A stretch of 64,000 nt of DNA from Antedon mediterranea (taxonomy: Eukaryota; Animalia; Echinodermata): NCBI RefSeq assembly GCF_964355755.1, contig NC_092671.1, forward strand, positions 3,472,001 through 3,536,000. Reading direction: 5' to 3'. Of this stretch, positions 23,897-35,291 are shown in pieces. The translations under genes were made by a program, and so were the position numbers. Under the pieces are notes generated by a model that had not been told where the DNA came from, searched no databases, and saw nothing but the letters and a program-made list of their open reading frames with translations. How positions within the stretch are numbered: position 1 is the stretch's first letter; each line of letters begins with the position of its first letter.

Positions 23897-25291
23897 TAAT
23901 AAATCCGACAATTTTAATCATAGGCTTATTGTTCTTTTGTGTTTTATGTCTGAATCAGCTTATTTTTTGGGCTTACGCGCGCATACCCGATGACAATCAA
24001 TTAATAAAAAACTTGGTTCCAATATCATTTAACCTTTGTTCCAACTAAAACTAAAACGCAAATTCCGTCAAATATAGGCCTACAGTACACTAAAGATAAA
24101 ATTTTGCGTAAACAAACCGACGCGTAGCAGAGACAAGATCAACACGGACATGATGAGCGCATCAACACGTCTACCACCGGCGCGCTTAAACATCGTGCGC
24201 AGCAGTATCGCGTCTTCGACAACAGTAACCTTCATCCCGTCGTAGGATACGTTGTATAGTGAGAGAAAATTTAGAGGGTGGGTAAGTAATATTTAGGAGT
24301 AATAAGATATGGTAGACTTTTGAGCTTGTTACCGTTGAGCAGACGCGATCCTGTAGAATTAGTCATGGTTCCAGACTGAGTTTTTACTTAATAGTAGTAA
24401 AAAGATAAATATTGGCACATATGGCGTTTCATACGTATACTACATGATCTTGAAAATTAAAACAGACAAACATCGAAAAGCCTCGAAATAACTACATGCT
24501 TGGGGCTACTGTGGGATGTTTAATATCGCTACGTGCTATGCCATGGAGAATTATTTCTTCATGGTGATACCGTACGAGAATCGGCGAACACTAACGGAAT
24601 TCATAAATCATTTTCGGATCAAAAATAAGGCTTTATTCACTGATAATAATTCTTATGCTACTTAAATAAGTTACTTATTCTGTCTTAAAAACACCTAACT
24701 AATTTCGCCTCAAGTAATACAATTATAGACATAATAAAGTTATACATATTTACAGAATCAAAAATCTATTCACATAATTAAAGAAATTGAATTACAAGAA
24801 TTTTTTTGTTGGTATGATTTGTAGGGTTAACGTCTCAAGAGTGGCTTAATATATCTAATTTGGTGTCAACAATTTATTTAACTACAATTATTTCCAAGAC
24901 TGGTTCATTTTAGGAAATGTGTGACCAATTATAAACAAAAATGAAAGATAAAGAAGTATAATAATTTAACTAAATTGTATATTTGTATTTTGTATATACG
25001 TCATAAAAGATTGTTGCAAGAAGGATGAAATAGATTGCGTTTGTAACGAGCACAGTGCGTTAGCAAACGCGTCTAATGTTATCCTGAATAAAAAAATTAC
25101 GCATCCTGAATAATGAGGACTAGTACACACTTTTCTTTCACATGTCACTTGCGTCACCGTATTATTGGCGCACTATTGCATAAGAATTAGATTTCGTGTG
25201 AACTAGGCCTTAGCCGGTACATAGAGTATGATATGGATGATCCAGCGCGTTTGACGTAACACAACACGTCATATAGCGCTAATTTGGCATC

Positions 25292-28200
25292 CTAATATCG
25301 TGGGAATGGTGGGGCATCGATGACGGAGCAGACACAGCAGGTTTGGATAGCGACAAACTGTACTTGTAGATCTGGCGCTTGGTTGCCTTTGTCATCATGT
25401 GTGCATCCGGCTACCACAAGGGCTCGTTTCCAGGTGAATTTTCCAATACAAACACCACGTGCACCATCGCATTCTTCAGTACTGTAAGTATAGAGCGCTT
25501 AATTTAGTAAATCGTTGTCTATATAAGTTGCCGGTGAATATATTAAATCAAAATGATTACCACTTGGACGCAAATGCAAGGACGTACGTAAGCGCGTCCG
25601 CCGCAAGTAATTTGGCCAATCACAATGGATTTGATCATCCAAACTGATGATTGTGATCACGTCATCATTGCGTTGCGTGGGAACCAAACTTAAATGTGCA
25701 ACCTCTATAGATATCATGTCATGCCTTAACACTGTGATCAAGTCAAAAAGTAACATTTATTATTTCTATTGTAAATTCATTCATCTGGTCACAACTTCAT
25801 ACCAATCTTCACTATATACAGCACTCAAAATCGTCACTGAAGCTCTGTCTACACTATCAAACAAACATGTGATGTGCCCATATATGGACATGATGATGTC
25901 ATATCACTACCATATTTGTGCATATCACTTCCATAATTGGGCAAATCACATTTTTTTGGCACATGAAGTTTGATAATGTGGACAGGGCTTAAAACTTGGT
26001 TCTCACTTGTACGCAACACAAGAGTCGTTCGCGCAACGTAATTGGTTAGTGATTGGTTAATACTTTTGCGCTTACGTCATTACGTTGCGTCCTAATAGGA
26101 GAACTGAGGTTTTTAATGAAAACGAATACTTACTCGCATTCTACTGAGAAGAATTCCTGTTTGATAACCGGTGCGTAGCGACGTTTGTCGTCACCAACTT
26201 GTAGAATCTTTACGTAATATCCTTCAGTGTTGAGAGCCCATTCTTGACGACCCAGTGTTAGAGTTGAAGGGCAAATCGGGGAAAATTTGACCTTGATAGG
26301 TAGACCTCTGTTGTAGTGATAATCGTATGGAGCTGGGTAACCAGCATTTCCTCCGGCACCTCCAGCATTTCCACCATCCCCGCCATTTCCACCGTTTCCG
26401 TAACCTGCGGCGTCACCACCGTTGCCACCATTTCCTCCTCCGCCAGCACCATCTCCACCAGTTCCACCATCACCACCGTCACCTTCTACATACCCACCGC
26501 CACCACCATTACCGCCGTTTCCGCCGACACCAGCTACCGCGCCTCCGGTACCACCATCACCACCGTTACCACCTTCTCCATAGCCACCTGCATCTCCACC
26601 AGTTCCACCATTTCCACCACCGCCGAATCCACCACCATTACCACCAGTTCCTCCGTTACCACCGTCGCCCACGACTACACCGGCATCTCCTCCATTACCT
26701 CCATTTCCACCTTGACCACCTAAATCATCGACAACATAGTACCCGTACTTACGACTATATAAAAAAAAATTGGTAAGTTAAAAAAAAAAAACACATACTA
26801 CAATATTTGACCAGTAGGCCTATCATTTTGGTAATACAGCATCTCATGTGTGTCATATGTGGTGAATGTATCTTGTAAAGTTAGATTAAGGGTTATAGTA
26901 TATTATATTAGGAGACAAAGTTGTAGACAACTTTACTTAAGCGCTGCTTAATTATCTTGACTTAAGCAAAGAAAAAAAGAGATAAATGCAAGCCCTGATC
27001 ACTTTTTCAATCTCCCCATTCCCTCCCACCAACAGAAAATGTAGGATGAAAATTCCCTTTATCCAAATCGACATTTATCGTATTTATAGTCTTCGCAGAC
27101 AGCGTCGTACGGCGTGGTAAATTAAACATGTTCAAAGTTCTCGCGACGACCACCTGAAAACTACGCGCGACCGACGCTAACTGAGAAAGCAGTTGTACGA
27201 CGCTGTCTGAGTGGGCCTTTAGTTATCGTTCTTATAGGCCTATGGCCATCTAGTCTAGGTTGAAGACGGTGCTTTTCCACTTAATTGTATTGGTATGAAA
27301 TGATAAATATTTTTGCGTTTAATACGTATAATACTTGATCTTGACCATTAAAAGACAATACTAGTATATAATATATATTCTTTTTGTTATAAGCTTTTGA
27401 AATATGAAATAAAAATGTTCGTGCCAAAATGATGATTCGCCGGTTCGTGTGACGAGTGACGGTATGTACATGATAATAATATGCAAATTTAAAAACTTAC
27501 CCACTAAAATGAGGATTGAATGTTAACTGAGGAAGTGCTGGATTTAATAACTGCTGATATTCATGAAGTACTCTACCTATCTGACCAGGATTCCAACTGT
27601 CTGCTCTGAAAAATAGATAACATATATATGCGTTTTGAGGAGAAGTAACACTAGACTGCCCGCCGCGTCATTGTAGTAACGCCGGCGGATTGCCAGTCGG
27701 CATCGTTTATGGTTAGAACTAGGGCGGTATCTGATCGCCTTCGAACCTCTAACTTTCGTTCTTGATTAATGAAAACTGAAGCTTATAACTATTAAATACA
27801 GTGGTGGTAGAATGACAGTGATGCTTGTGGACTTTTCTCTGTTCTTTATAAAATGATTCATGTATAAGCTAGCAGCTTGAATTTCGAATTTTTGTTTTCT
27901 CTCTTTTGTGACTTGAACCGCCACTTTTATTCATTCATTCAACATGATAAACTGATGATTAATAAAATTAATCAGTAATATTTGTTTTTAGTTTTCACAC
28001 CATTGTTATTCAATAATTATAATCCTCCTTTTTCGTAATTTGTTAAGTTTGTCCGCGCAAGCTCAGAAATATAGGCCTATAAACATATTATGCGCAGAAT
28101 GACCGTTAGACCCAATAGATTCACAGTCGCATTTATATACACAGTGTATACAGTATACAACAGGGAAGAGTGAAATAAATGTCACTCTTCCCTGGTATAT

Positions 28201-28723
28201 ATCATAATAGAGTTGCACTGATGAAGGGCTAGTGTTGTCCGAAATCTCTGCTAATTTTTCTGGCTGTTTTACTTACTACATTTTTTCCATTATTTTGATT
28301 ACGCTTTTTGCCTATTTTATTTGGCATCTCCATTGAAATCCACCCACAGCATTTTTTCAGTAATTTGCCTTTGCATTAATGATATAGTAATAGTAATTTA
28401 TTGATGTTATAAAATAGAAAATTGTACTAAAATAATTTAACTTACCCACACTGTGGATCGTACGAGCTACGTGTCAGGCGCACTGATCTGGCGCCTACGT
28501 ACGCTATGACGCACATAAAAATAATTCGTCCCAACTGTTTTGAAAAAATTGTAAGACAATTGAAAAACAAAAACACTTAGTGGTATACAATAATACTGTT
28601 GCTTTTGCCATCACACTCTCTTTAGCTTGTACCGTATATTATTCTTTCATTCATTTCTTTATTTCGGATAGTACATCCATATACAAATCATACAAAAAAA
28701 CAATCTATATATTTACTTACCAT
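25292..28723 (-). CDS. Secreted glycine-rich Spaetzle-like cystine-knot protein A, ~335 aa
   Basis: Exons 28723-28721 (ATG|gtaagt), 28534-28446 (signal peptide MLGRIIFMCVIAYVGA...SSYDPQCG), 27605-27501, 26754-26134 and 25481-25292; all donors gtaagt, phases 0,2,2,2. C-terminus ICPS...ALNTEG...ILQ...KQEFFSVECDTEECDGARGVCIGKFTWKRALVVAGC...VQFVAIQTCCVC follows the Spaetzle Cys pattern. Confidence 0.85.
27088..27218. mobile_element. Small MITE in intron 3 of Spaetzle-like gene A
   Basis: Inverted repeats cagacagcgtcgtac ... gtacgacgctgtctg; outer boundaries approximate. Confidence 0.55.
27652..27776 (-). pseudogene. 18S rRNA fragment (~125 bp, V5 region) inserted in an intron
   Basis: Reverse complement reads GTTTTCATTAATCAAGAACGAAAGTTAGAGGTTCGAAGGCGATCAGATACCGCCCTAGTTCTAACCATAAACGATGCCGACTGGCAATCCGCCGGCGTTACTACAATGACGCGGCGGGCAGTCTA, the conserved metazoan SSU rRNA segment; flanks are unrelated AT-rich intron. 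Confidence 0.93.
28212..28370 (+). mobile_element. Penelope-like LTR remnant with a degenerate minimal hammerhead ribozyme motif
   Basis: gca CTGATGA a gggc tagtgtt gtcc GAAA tctc tgc at 28215-28251, followed by a T-rich tail. Confidence 0.45.
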
Positions 28724-30380
28724 CGTTCTGTTTAGTACTATACTAGTCTATAATATTTGGTTGGCTGTAGCTAAGTTACCACTTATGGTTTACAAGATCT
28801 TCTTAAATACCAACTAACATACTGTAGCCACGCCCATTTGTTACGTCACTAAAATTGAAGGTTTCCGACTTCTTGGATACCATATGGCTGGGACAATTCA
28901 CAAAAATACTTAAATGGTTTTTAAGTAGTGAATTGTTGTTTGGTTATCGTATTATCATTAGCAAAATTGAATAAGAATGCGGTGGATTTTAATATAGTTC
29001 AAGATTTTAGCACTACAAATTACACGAACAATGTTGAGATGTGTACACTTATGATTAAGCCTCATCCGGGGTATTAGTGTTTACAATGTGTCATCGAAAG
29101 AGGGGAATATTGGAGAAAAAAATGTATCCGCATGTTATTTCATTGATTCTATAAATCTTCGAATTATCAATGATGATAATTTATTGTCATACATATTTGA
29201 AAATAATGATAGTCTACTAAAATAATGTCTATAATTTAGATATAATATCGATATTATTAACTTCATTCTCTCTATATTTTGGGTTATTTTTTAGTTTTTA
29301 TTTTATTATTTTAATTATTCAATAAAAATGCATTTGTAATTCGTATAGATACATTATAAACAACATTATATATAGACACTTTCGTGACCACCGCCAAATT
29401 CTGCAGCTGCCACTAGATAGAGTCTAACTGACTATTGGAAGTCATCTAGAAAAGAGTCTGCATTAAATACTTTTAAGACATGTTATCTCTGACAATAGTT
29501 AGGCTTCATTGACAGCTGCAGACTCGGGTGTCGTGCATGACCCTATAAACGAGTGTTCCCTGAATAGTGGTGTTCCCAGAATTAGGATTGACCCCGTATA
29601 TAATGTTCGTTTCACTGGAAATGGCAAATATGGAATATAAGGAATAGGAAAGGTTATTTTATTTATCTTTTCAAAACGTTATCTTAGATCTAAATCGTTT
29701 TGTTGTAGACTATGAATTACCTCCTGATGGACCCGGTAGATTAATTAAGGGGACACTTTTCTGTAAAACGAATGAGGGGGGAAATATGTTTTTATACACA
29801 TGGCCAACCTTTATTCACACAATAGTTTGTTTTGTGGTTTTCCCTGTTTCATTTCTTCTCAGTTTTACACTGTTACAAATTTACTTAGATATTACTTGTC
29901 CTTTAAAAACATGAAAAATTATCATAATTTGAATAGGTTATTTTGTAGTTTTAATAAATTTAAGCCCTTCCGTAAAAAAAACTTTAAAAAATAATAATGT
30001 TTTCTCATATAAAATGACAAAATAGTCAAAATCAACCAAAAAACGGGCCAAAAACCTTTTGGTTGGCAGCCAATTTGACTATTTTTTGCTTTAAATTACA
30101 TTTTTTCAGGTAAATACATTTTTCCGATTCAATTTGTGTGGTTAACCATTATGTGACATTAAAATGGCATATTCAACAAAAATAAAATGTAAACAAATAT
30201 TTTTTCAGGCGACAATACATCTTTAAATAAATATGAATTCACTTGGCCAAAATTGGATAAACATTTTTTAAGCAACAATAGTCTAATTGTCAGACAATGT
30301 GGTTTTTTTGGTTAAGTTTAACCGTTTATTTTGTATGTCTATAGTGAAATCATATGGTGAAATCATTGTTTTTGTTCGTT

Positions 30381-31193
30381 TTTAGTCGCGTGGAAGCGAC
30401 TCTGTAGTTCACTATGTCGGTCGGTTGGTCGGTCTGTCTGTCTGTCGGTCTGTCTGTCGGTCTGTCGGTCTGTCGGTCCGGTATCACTATGCGTTTTATC
30501 GCTTTCTGACCTTATCTTGATATCAGTTTAATCTAGCTAGGTCAATTTGCCAGGAATCAATGTGGTTATGTTTTCACGGTGCGCAATAAAAAATTACGCG
30601 GTCTACGCACGATTTAACGAAATCACGTTTGTAATCATATCTTCACAACCATGAATCACAATTAAATAAAATTTGGTACTCATAAATTTCAGGGCATAAA
30701 TCATCATATGATATGGCAATACAATTACGTGCGTAGCGCATGTAACGCATGCGTACGCGCGCTTAAAATTTTCAAAATTTATTTTCGATGAAATAAGAGT
30801 ACGTTTCAGGCAATTTTAAGCATTTACAAAATTGCCATGAGTGCGCATATTTTTGCGCGCGCACTGCGCGTTAAATGTTGTTGCGCACTCTTTTTGCCCG
30901 ATTTCTGTTTTCTTGACTTACTTTTCAACTCGAAATTACGTTATAGGAGCACGTCAAAAGTGACAGGCTACGCACGTGTAAATTAAAAAAATATAAATGT
31001 TTTTAAACATTTCAACATTTTTAAACATGTTCAGTAATTTCGGTCAGTATAGTTCACTATGTCGGTCGGTCGGTCGGTCGGTCTGTCTGTCGGTCTGTCT
31101 GTCGGTCTGTCTGTCGGTCTGTCGGTCTGTCTGTCTGTCGGTCCGGTATCACTATGCATTGTAGCACGCGACTTAATGGCTGTTGGCCTTGTT
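30381..31193 (+). mobile_element. Helentron-associated interspersed element (HINE/DINE-1-like), long copy
   Basis: Starts and ends in T-runs; 5' hairpin agtcgcgtggaagcgact; subterminal inverted copy cacgcgact near the 3' end; two (GTCG/GTCT)n tracts in a duplicated block (30408-30492, 31050-31157); no TSD. Confidence 0.7.
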
Positions 31194-31467
31194 TTATATA
31201 AGAAGTGATCGTGAATAAACTTAGATAACTTTAGATAATTAGATGTTCTAATGTACAGCACTTTGGTATTTTTTTTTAGGAAAGCGCTTTATAAATCTAT
31301 CTAGTATAGTATAGTATAAAAACGGCCCATTTAAAGTGTTTAATAATAGTCGTTAAATTAAATTAATTTTCACTTTTTTCCATATTTTCGGGGACAATAC
31401 AGATATAATGATTTCTTTTCGTTGAATAGTATAAAATCTAGTCATTTAAATGGACAATTCTATTTTA

Positions 31468-31700
31468 TGGAAATCGTTCTTTTCCTTCGGCATCCGTTTC
31501 TCTGGAATGCGTTGCCTATTGAAATCCGTCAGGCAACTTCCACCAGTGTCTTCAAATCTCTCCTCAAAACCCACCTTTTGAATTTTTAATTTTCTAAATG
31601 TTTCTGTCTATATGTAAAGCGCATTGAGGCTTTCAGCATAATATTATTATTATTATTATTATATTATTATTATTATATAATTATTATTATTATTAGTGTT

Positions 31701-31751
<51 letters not shown>

Positions 31752-31752
31752 T
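31468..31752 (+). mobile_element. L2/CR1-type LINE 3' end with (TAT)n tail
   Basis: Encodes LWNALPIEIRQATSTSVFKSLLKTHL, then tgtaaagcgcattgag and a long TAT microsatellite. Confidence 0.75.
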
Positions 31753-32179
31753 TGTATAAACGTAAATTTAAAAACTAATAATTAGGCCTATTACCTTCCA
31801 TATTTCTTCTAATTTTACATTAATTACATACATATTATTTAATTTTACGCTTTTGCGGTTTCCTGTTGATCTTCCGTCGTAAAAATCCACGCCATATGGT
31901 ATTTAGAAACACAATCAAATAACAAGTTTAAAAGGCGTTTGAATGTGGTAATGAACTTAAACGTACGAGTATCATAATTAATAATGAAGTACGCGTGAAT
32001 GAGATGCATTATATTAAATGACGTATTATGATTCCTCTCATTAACTGTCTCGTCCCTACTTCAGATGTGTTCCCCTTGTAACTTAAAGTACACTTGCTTA
32101 TCTAGGCCTACTACCAGCTGTAGCTAAGTACTTTTAACTACCTTCGTATTTGTAACTTTTCCGGGTGGTTTTTATCGTG

Positions 32180-32260
32180 GATGCCCCGCCTAGCATTTTT
32201 TTAGCTCCGCCCCTCGAGACGGTTTGTGTATAAAGAGAAGTAGTCGAGATTTCTGAATCG
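32180..32260 (+). promoter_or_regulatory. Core promoter of Spaetzle-like gene B
   Basis: Two GC boxes (gccccgcc, ctccgcccc) followed by TATAAA at 32229-32234, about 80 bp before the ATG exon. Confidence 0.6.
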
Positions 32261-32309
32261 AAAAAACAGTTTTGACTTCATCGGCCGAAATACATGACCT
32301 GCAGTTAAA

Positions 32310-32369
32310 ATGGTAAGTTTAATTTTAAACGAGGTCTTCTAAATCTGTAATAATTTGAAATAAATATTA

Positions 32370-32402
<33 letters not shown>

Positions 32403-35291
32403 GAGAAACGTTGTTTATTCGCTCTAAATTTGTACTTTTTACGGGCTAGTGATTTGAAGGTCGTGTTTTCGAGTTGTAGTACCCGAACTTATATGCTTTT
32501 TTTGTTAATATATTATACTGTTTATAGATTAAAATTGTTGGTATTCTCTGTTTAATTGCGATCGTTTCGGCATCATATGATCCGGTTGACGAAAGGCTTT
32601 GTGGGTAAGTGTTTACAAAGTAACATAACATGTAAAGGTGACATCTTCGGGACCCAAAGGTGTCCTCATAGGGATAACGTCTTATATAAGTCAATGATGC
32701 TCTCCAGGTGGTATACCATCCTAAGATGGGTAGTAGTAATTAGTACAATTTTCTTTAAAAAAAAATTAATTTATATGTAAATGTTACTTTCTATGGACCA
32801 GAGATTCCGATATAAAAGATTGAATTGAAAATGTAATTGAATTTCGTCTGATTAGGGCTTCTTCACATTCGTTTTAAATAAATCTATAAAAATAAACAAC
32901 ATTGTTGACTTCTCTTACCATGGAGGTATATGTATATATATATATATATTAATTTTATATTTCCCCGTTCTTACCAAATAAAGAATTAATTATACCCCGA
33001 TAACCCGATATAAATGTCGTTACCGACCTACCGACCTACCTTTTATTGTGTTGAAAAATACCTTGACTTGTGTGAAAATACAAGTTTACAAGCTCAAGTA
33101 TTAAACGCTATATGTGCCAAAATATTTATCTTAATACTAATATTGAATCAAAACTCCGTCTGGAACCCAGACTAGCTCCGGCCCTTCAATTACAGTTTAA
33201 ATCCTTCCCAGTACAATGCCTCTTGCAATTTGTATAATGAGCAATACTGGGTATGGTCTACTAGCGTTCCTGCTCCCAACTCGTCATCCATTCATAGAAG
33301 CCTTGATGAAGAAAGCCTACCTGGTGGTAACCATAGAACGGTCCCGAGATAAAAACTATACTTCGGCTTTAGTCGATAGAAGATTGAAAAAATTGTTAGA
33401 GATAGAGTATACGATGTTTGATTATTTATATAATTAGTTGATTTCATTGTTTTATAGACTTACCAAAGATGCAAAGAGATTGTCAGAATTGCTGCAAACA
33501 TACGATTATCTTCTAAATCCTCAGTTGCCAAGAGTTGACCCAGATGTCGTATTGTAAGTTTAAGTAATCTAAACTTTAATTTCTAATTAAAATATTAAAT
33601 ATATTGATTTTCATATGGATTTTAAAAAAAATATTTAATTAAATATTATATTCAGTATCAATATAACGTATAATACGTAATTGAAGGAAGTCATAGAATA
33701 TCTTCCATTCTTGCTTGATGACATTTTGTCACATACATACATAGAGGTCCCCGCTTTTATCAGTGGCACGGCGGATTAAGGATATTTAAATAGAGAGGGA
33801 GTGAGTGGAGGAGGTGCCTTGTAAATAGTAATTAAAATGTTGAAAATAGCCTATTACCTCACCCTATTTAGTACCGTAAATCATATAATGTTCTCTTTTT
33901 CTCGACCTGCTTAGTTATGGCGTGCCATTTATAAACTATGGCCTCCCAAACTTCGATGGTGGCAACGGTGGAAATGGTGGTACCGGCGGTGTAGATGGAG
34001 ACGGTGGTAATGGAGGTAATGGTGGTAATGCTATTAACAATGGTCAAGGTGGTAGTGGAGGAAACGGTGGCAACGGAGGTGGAGCTTATGGTGACGGCAT
34101 TGGTGATGGTGGTGAGGGCGGTAATGGTGGCGAAGGTGGTGTTCTTGGGGGCCAGGGTGGTTCTGGTGGATCTGGTGGTGACGGAGGTGAAAATGGCGGT
34201 GAAGGGGGTCAAGGTGGAACCGGTGGTAACGGTGGTCATCTTGGTGGTAATGGAGGTTCTGGAGGTAGCGGTGGACAAGGAGGATTCTTTGGTGGTAATG
34301 GTGGCGATGGCGGTGCTGGTGGTAACGGTGGTACCGGTTATCCGCTGGTACCTCCTTTTATAGCAGCCAATCCTTCTAGCTATATACCTGGTTTACTGCC
34401 CAGAAATGTTGATCTTTGCCCGGTAATCAGACGTAATATCCAGCGTAAGACAGCCTACAACACAGGTGGTCAATTGGTCTATCTTGTACAAGCTAAACTT
34501 GGAAAAATCAAAATACAACAATATTTCGATGAGTCTCGTTGTTCGTAAGTAGGCCTACGGTTTTATTTTTACTTTTGTGTATAAATGATATCGAAATACA
34601 GTAGTACCCCTAGTAAATGGACACATTTGTGACCTAAATGTCTCTTAAAATATAGTCCTTAGTCTAAATAGGGGTTAGCCTATTTTTACGTTTCCTTTTA
34701 CTGGTTTCATGAGAAATTGTTCCCTTACTTGTACTGTATGTAAAAAACATAAAGCCTCGTTATATTTAGTTTAATATTTATATAAAATAAAATAAGTACA
34801 GTATATAGTCCGATCCCCAGGGACACCATAAGCACCCACCAAAGTGTCCCTAATAAAAGTTGGTAGTACGGTAGTGTAAAACAATATATTGTACTCAGTG
34901 TGTGTGTCCCCTGGATAGGGATGTGCCCTGAACACGGCTGGGATGTCCCGAACGCGGAGTAGCACTGTAACAATATATTGTACTCATTCGTTTCATGGGA
35001 ATGTGTCCCCTGGATAGGGATGTGCCCTGAACAGGGCTGGGATGTCCCGAATGCGGAGTTTAGCACTGTAACAATATATTTATATATATGTAGCTTAAAT
35101 AATTTAAGCTTGTTTTTTTTTTCTTCAGTAAACAGAGGTGTGCACTTCTTGGCGCGCGAGCTGGAAACTGTATTCAAAAGTTCGAATGGAGAAAAGCTTT
35201 AGTTGTTGCGGGATGTAATCACGGTGAACCTGACGTCAAAGTACAATACGTTGCTATCCCATCCTGTTGCGCCTGTGAATTTCTTCATTAA
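32310..35291 (+). CDS. Secreted glycine-rich Spaetzle-like cystine-knot protein B, ~322 aa
   Basis: Exons 32310-32312 (ATG|gtaagt), 32528-32604 (signal peptide MIKIVGILCLIAIVSA-SYDPVDERLCG), 33458-33553, 33915-34544 and 35129-35291; same phases as gene A. Knot: LCPV...AYNTGG...LVQ...QQYFDESRCSKQRC...GNCIQKFEWRKALVVAGC...VQYVAIPSCCACEFLH*. AATAAA at 35401. Confidence 0.87.
34880..35078. repeat. Tandem duplication (~99 bp x2) within a pogo-like MITE remnant in intron 4 of gene B
   Basis: tgtgtcccctggatagggatgtgccctgaaca.ggctgggatgtcccgaa.gcggag occurs twice. Confidence 0.8.

Noticed and set aside
24100-24260. CpG-rich patch that looked coding (histone-like at first sight)
   Set aside because: The frames I translated give nothing recognisable and there are no clear splice sites; probably a repeat fragment.
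24660-24800. Similarity to 35560-35710 (tttcgcctcaagtaat...tacatattta) downstream of both Spaetzle-like genes as a conserved 3' UTR element
   Set aside because: Both copies are on the same genomic strand while the genes are opposite, so it is more likely an interspersed repeat.
26130-26776. Bacterial PE_PGRS gene or contamination; His-rich and Thr-rich ORFs on the opposite strand
   Set aside because: The Gly-rich ORF is a spliced exon with canonical sites in AT-rich DNA and has no PE domain; the other ORFs are shadow frames of GGN codons.
27652-27776. Functional rRNA gene
   Set aside because: Only ~125 bp of a ~1.8-kb gene, with no other rDNA around it.
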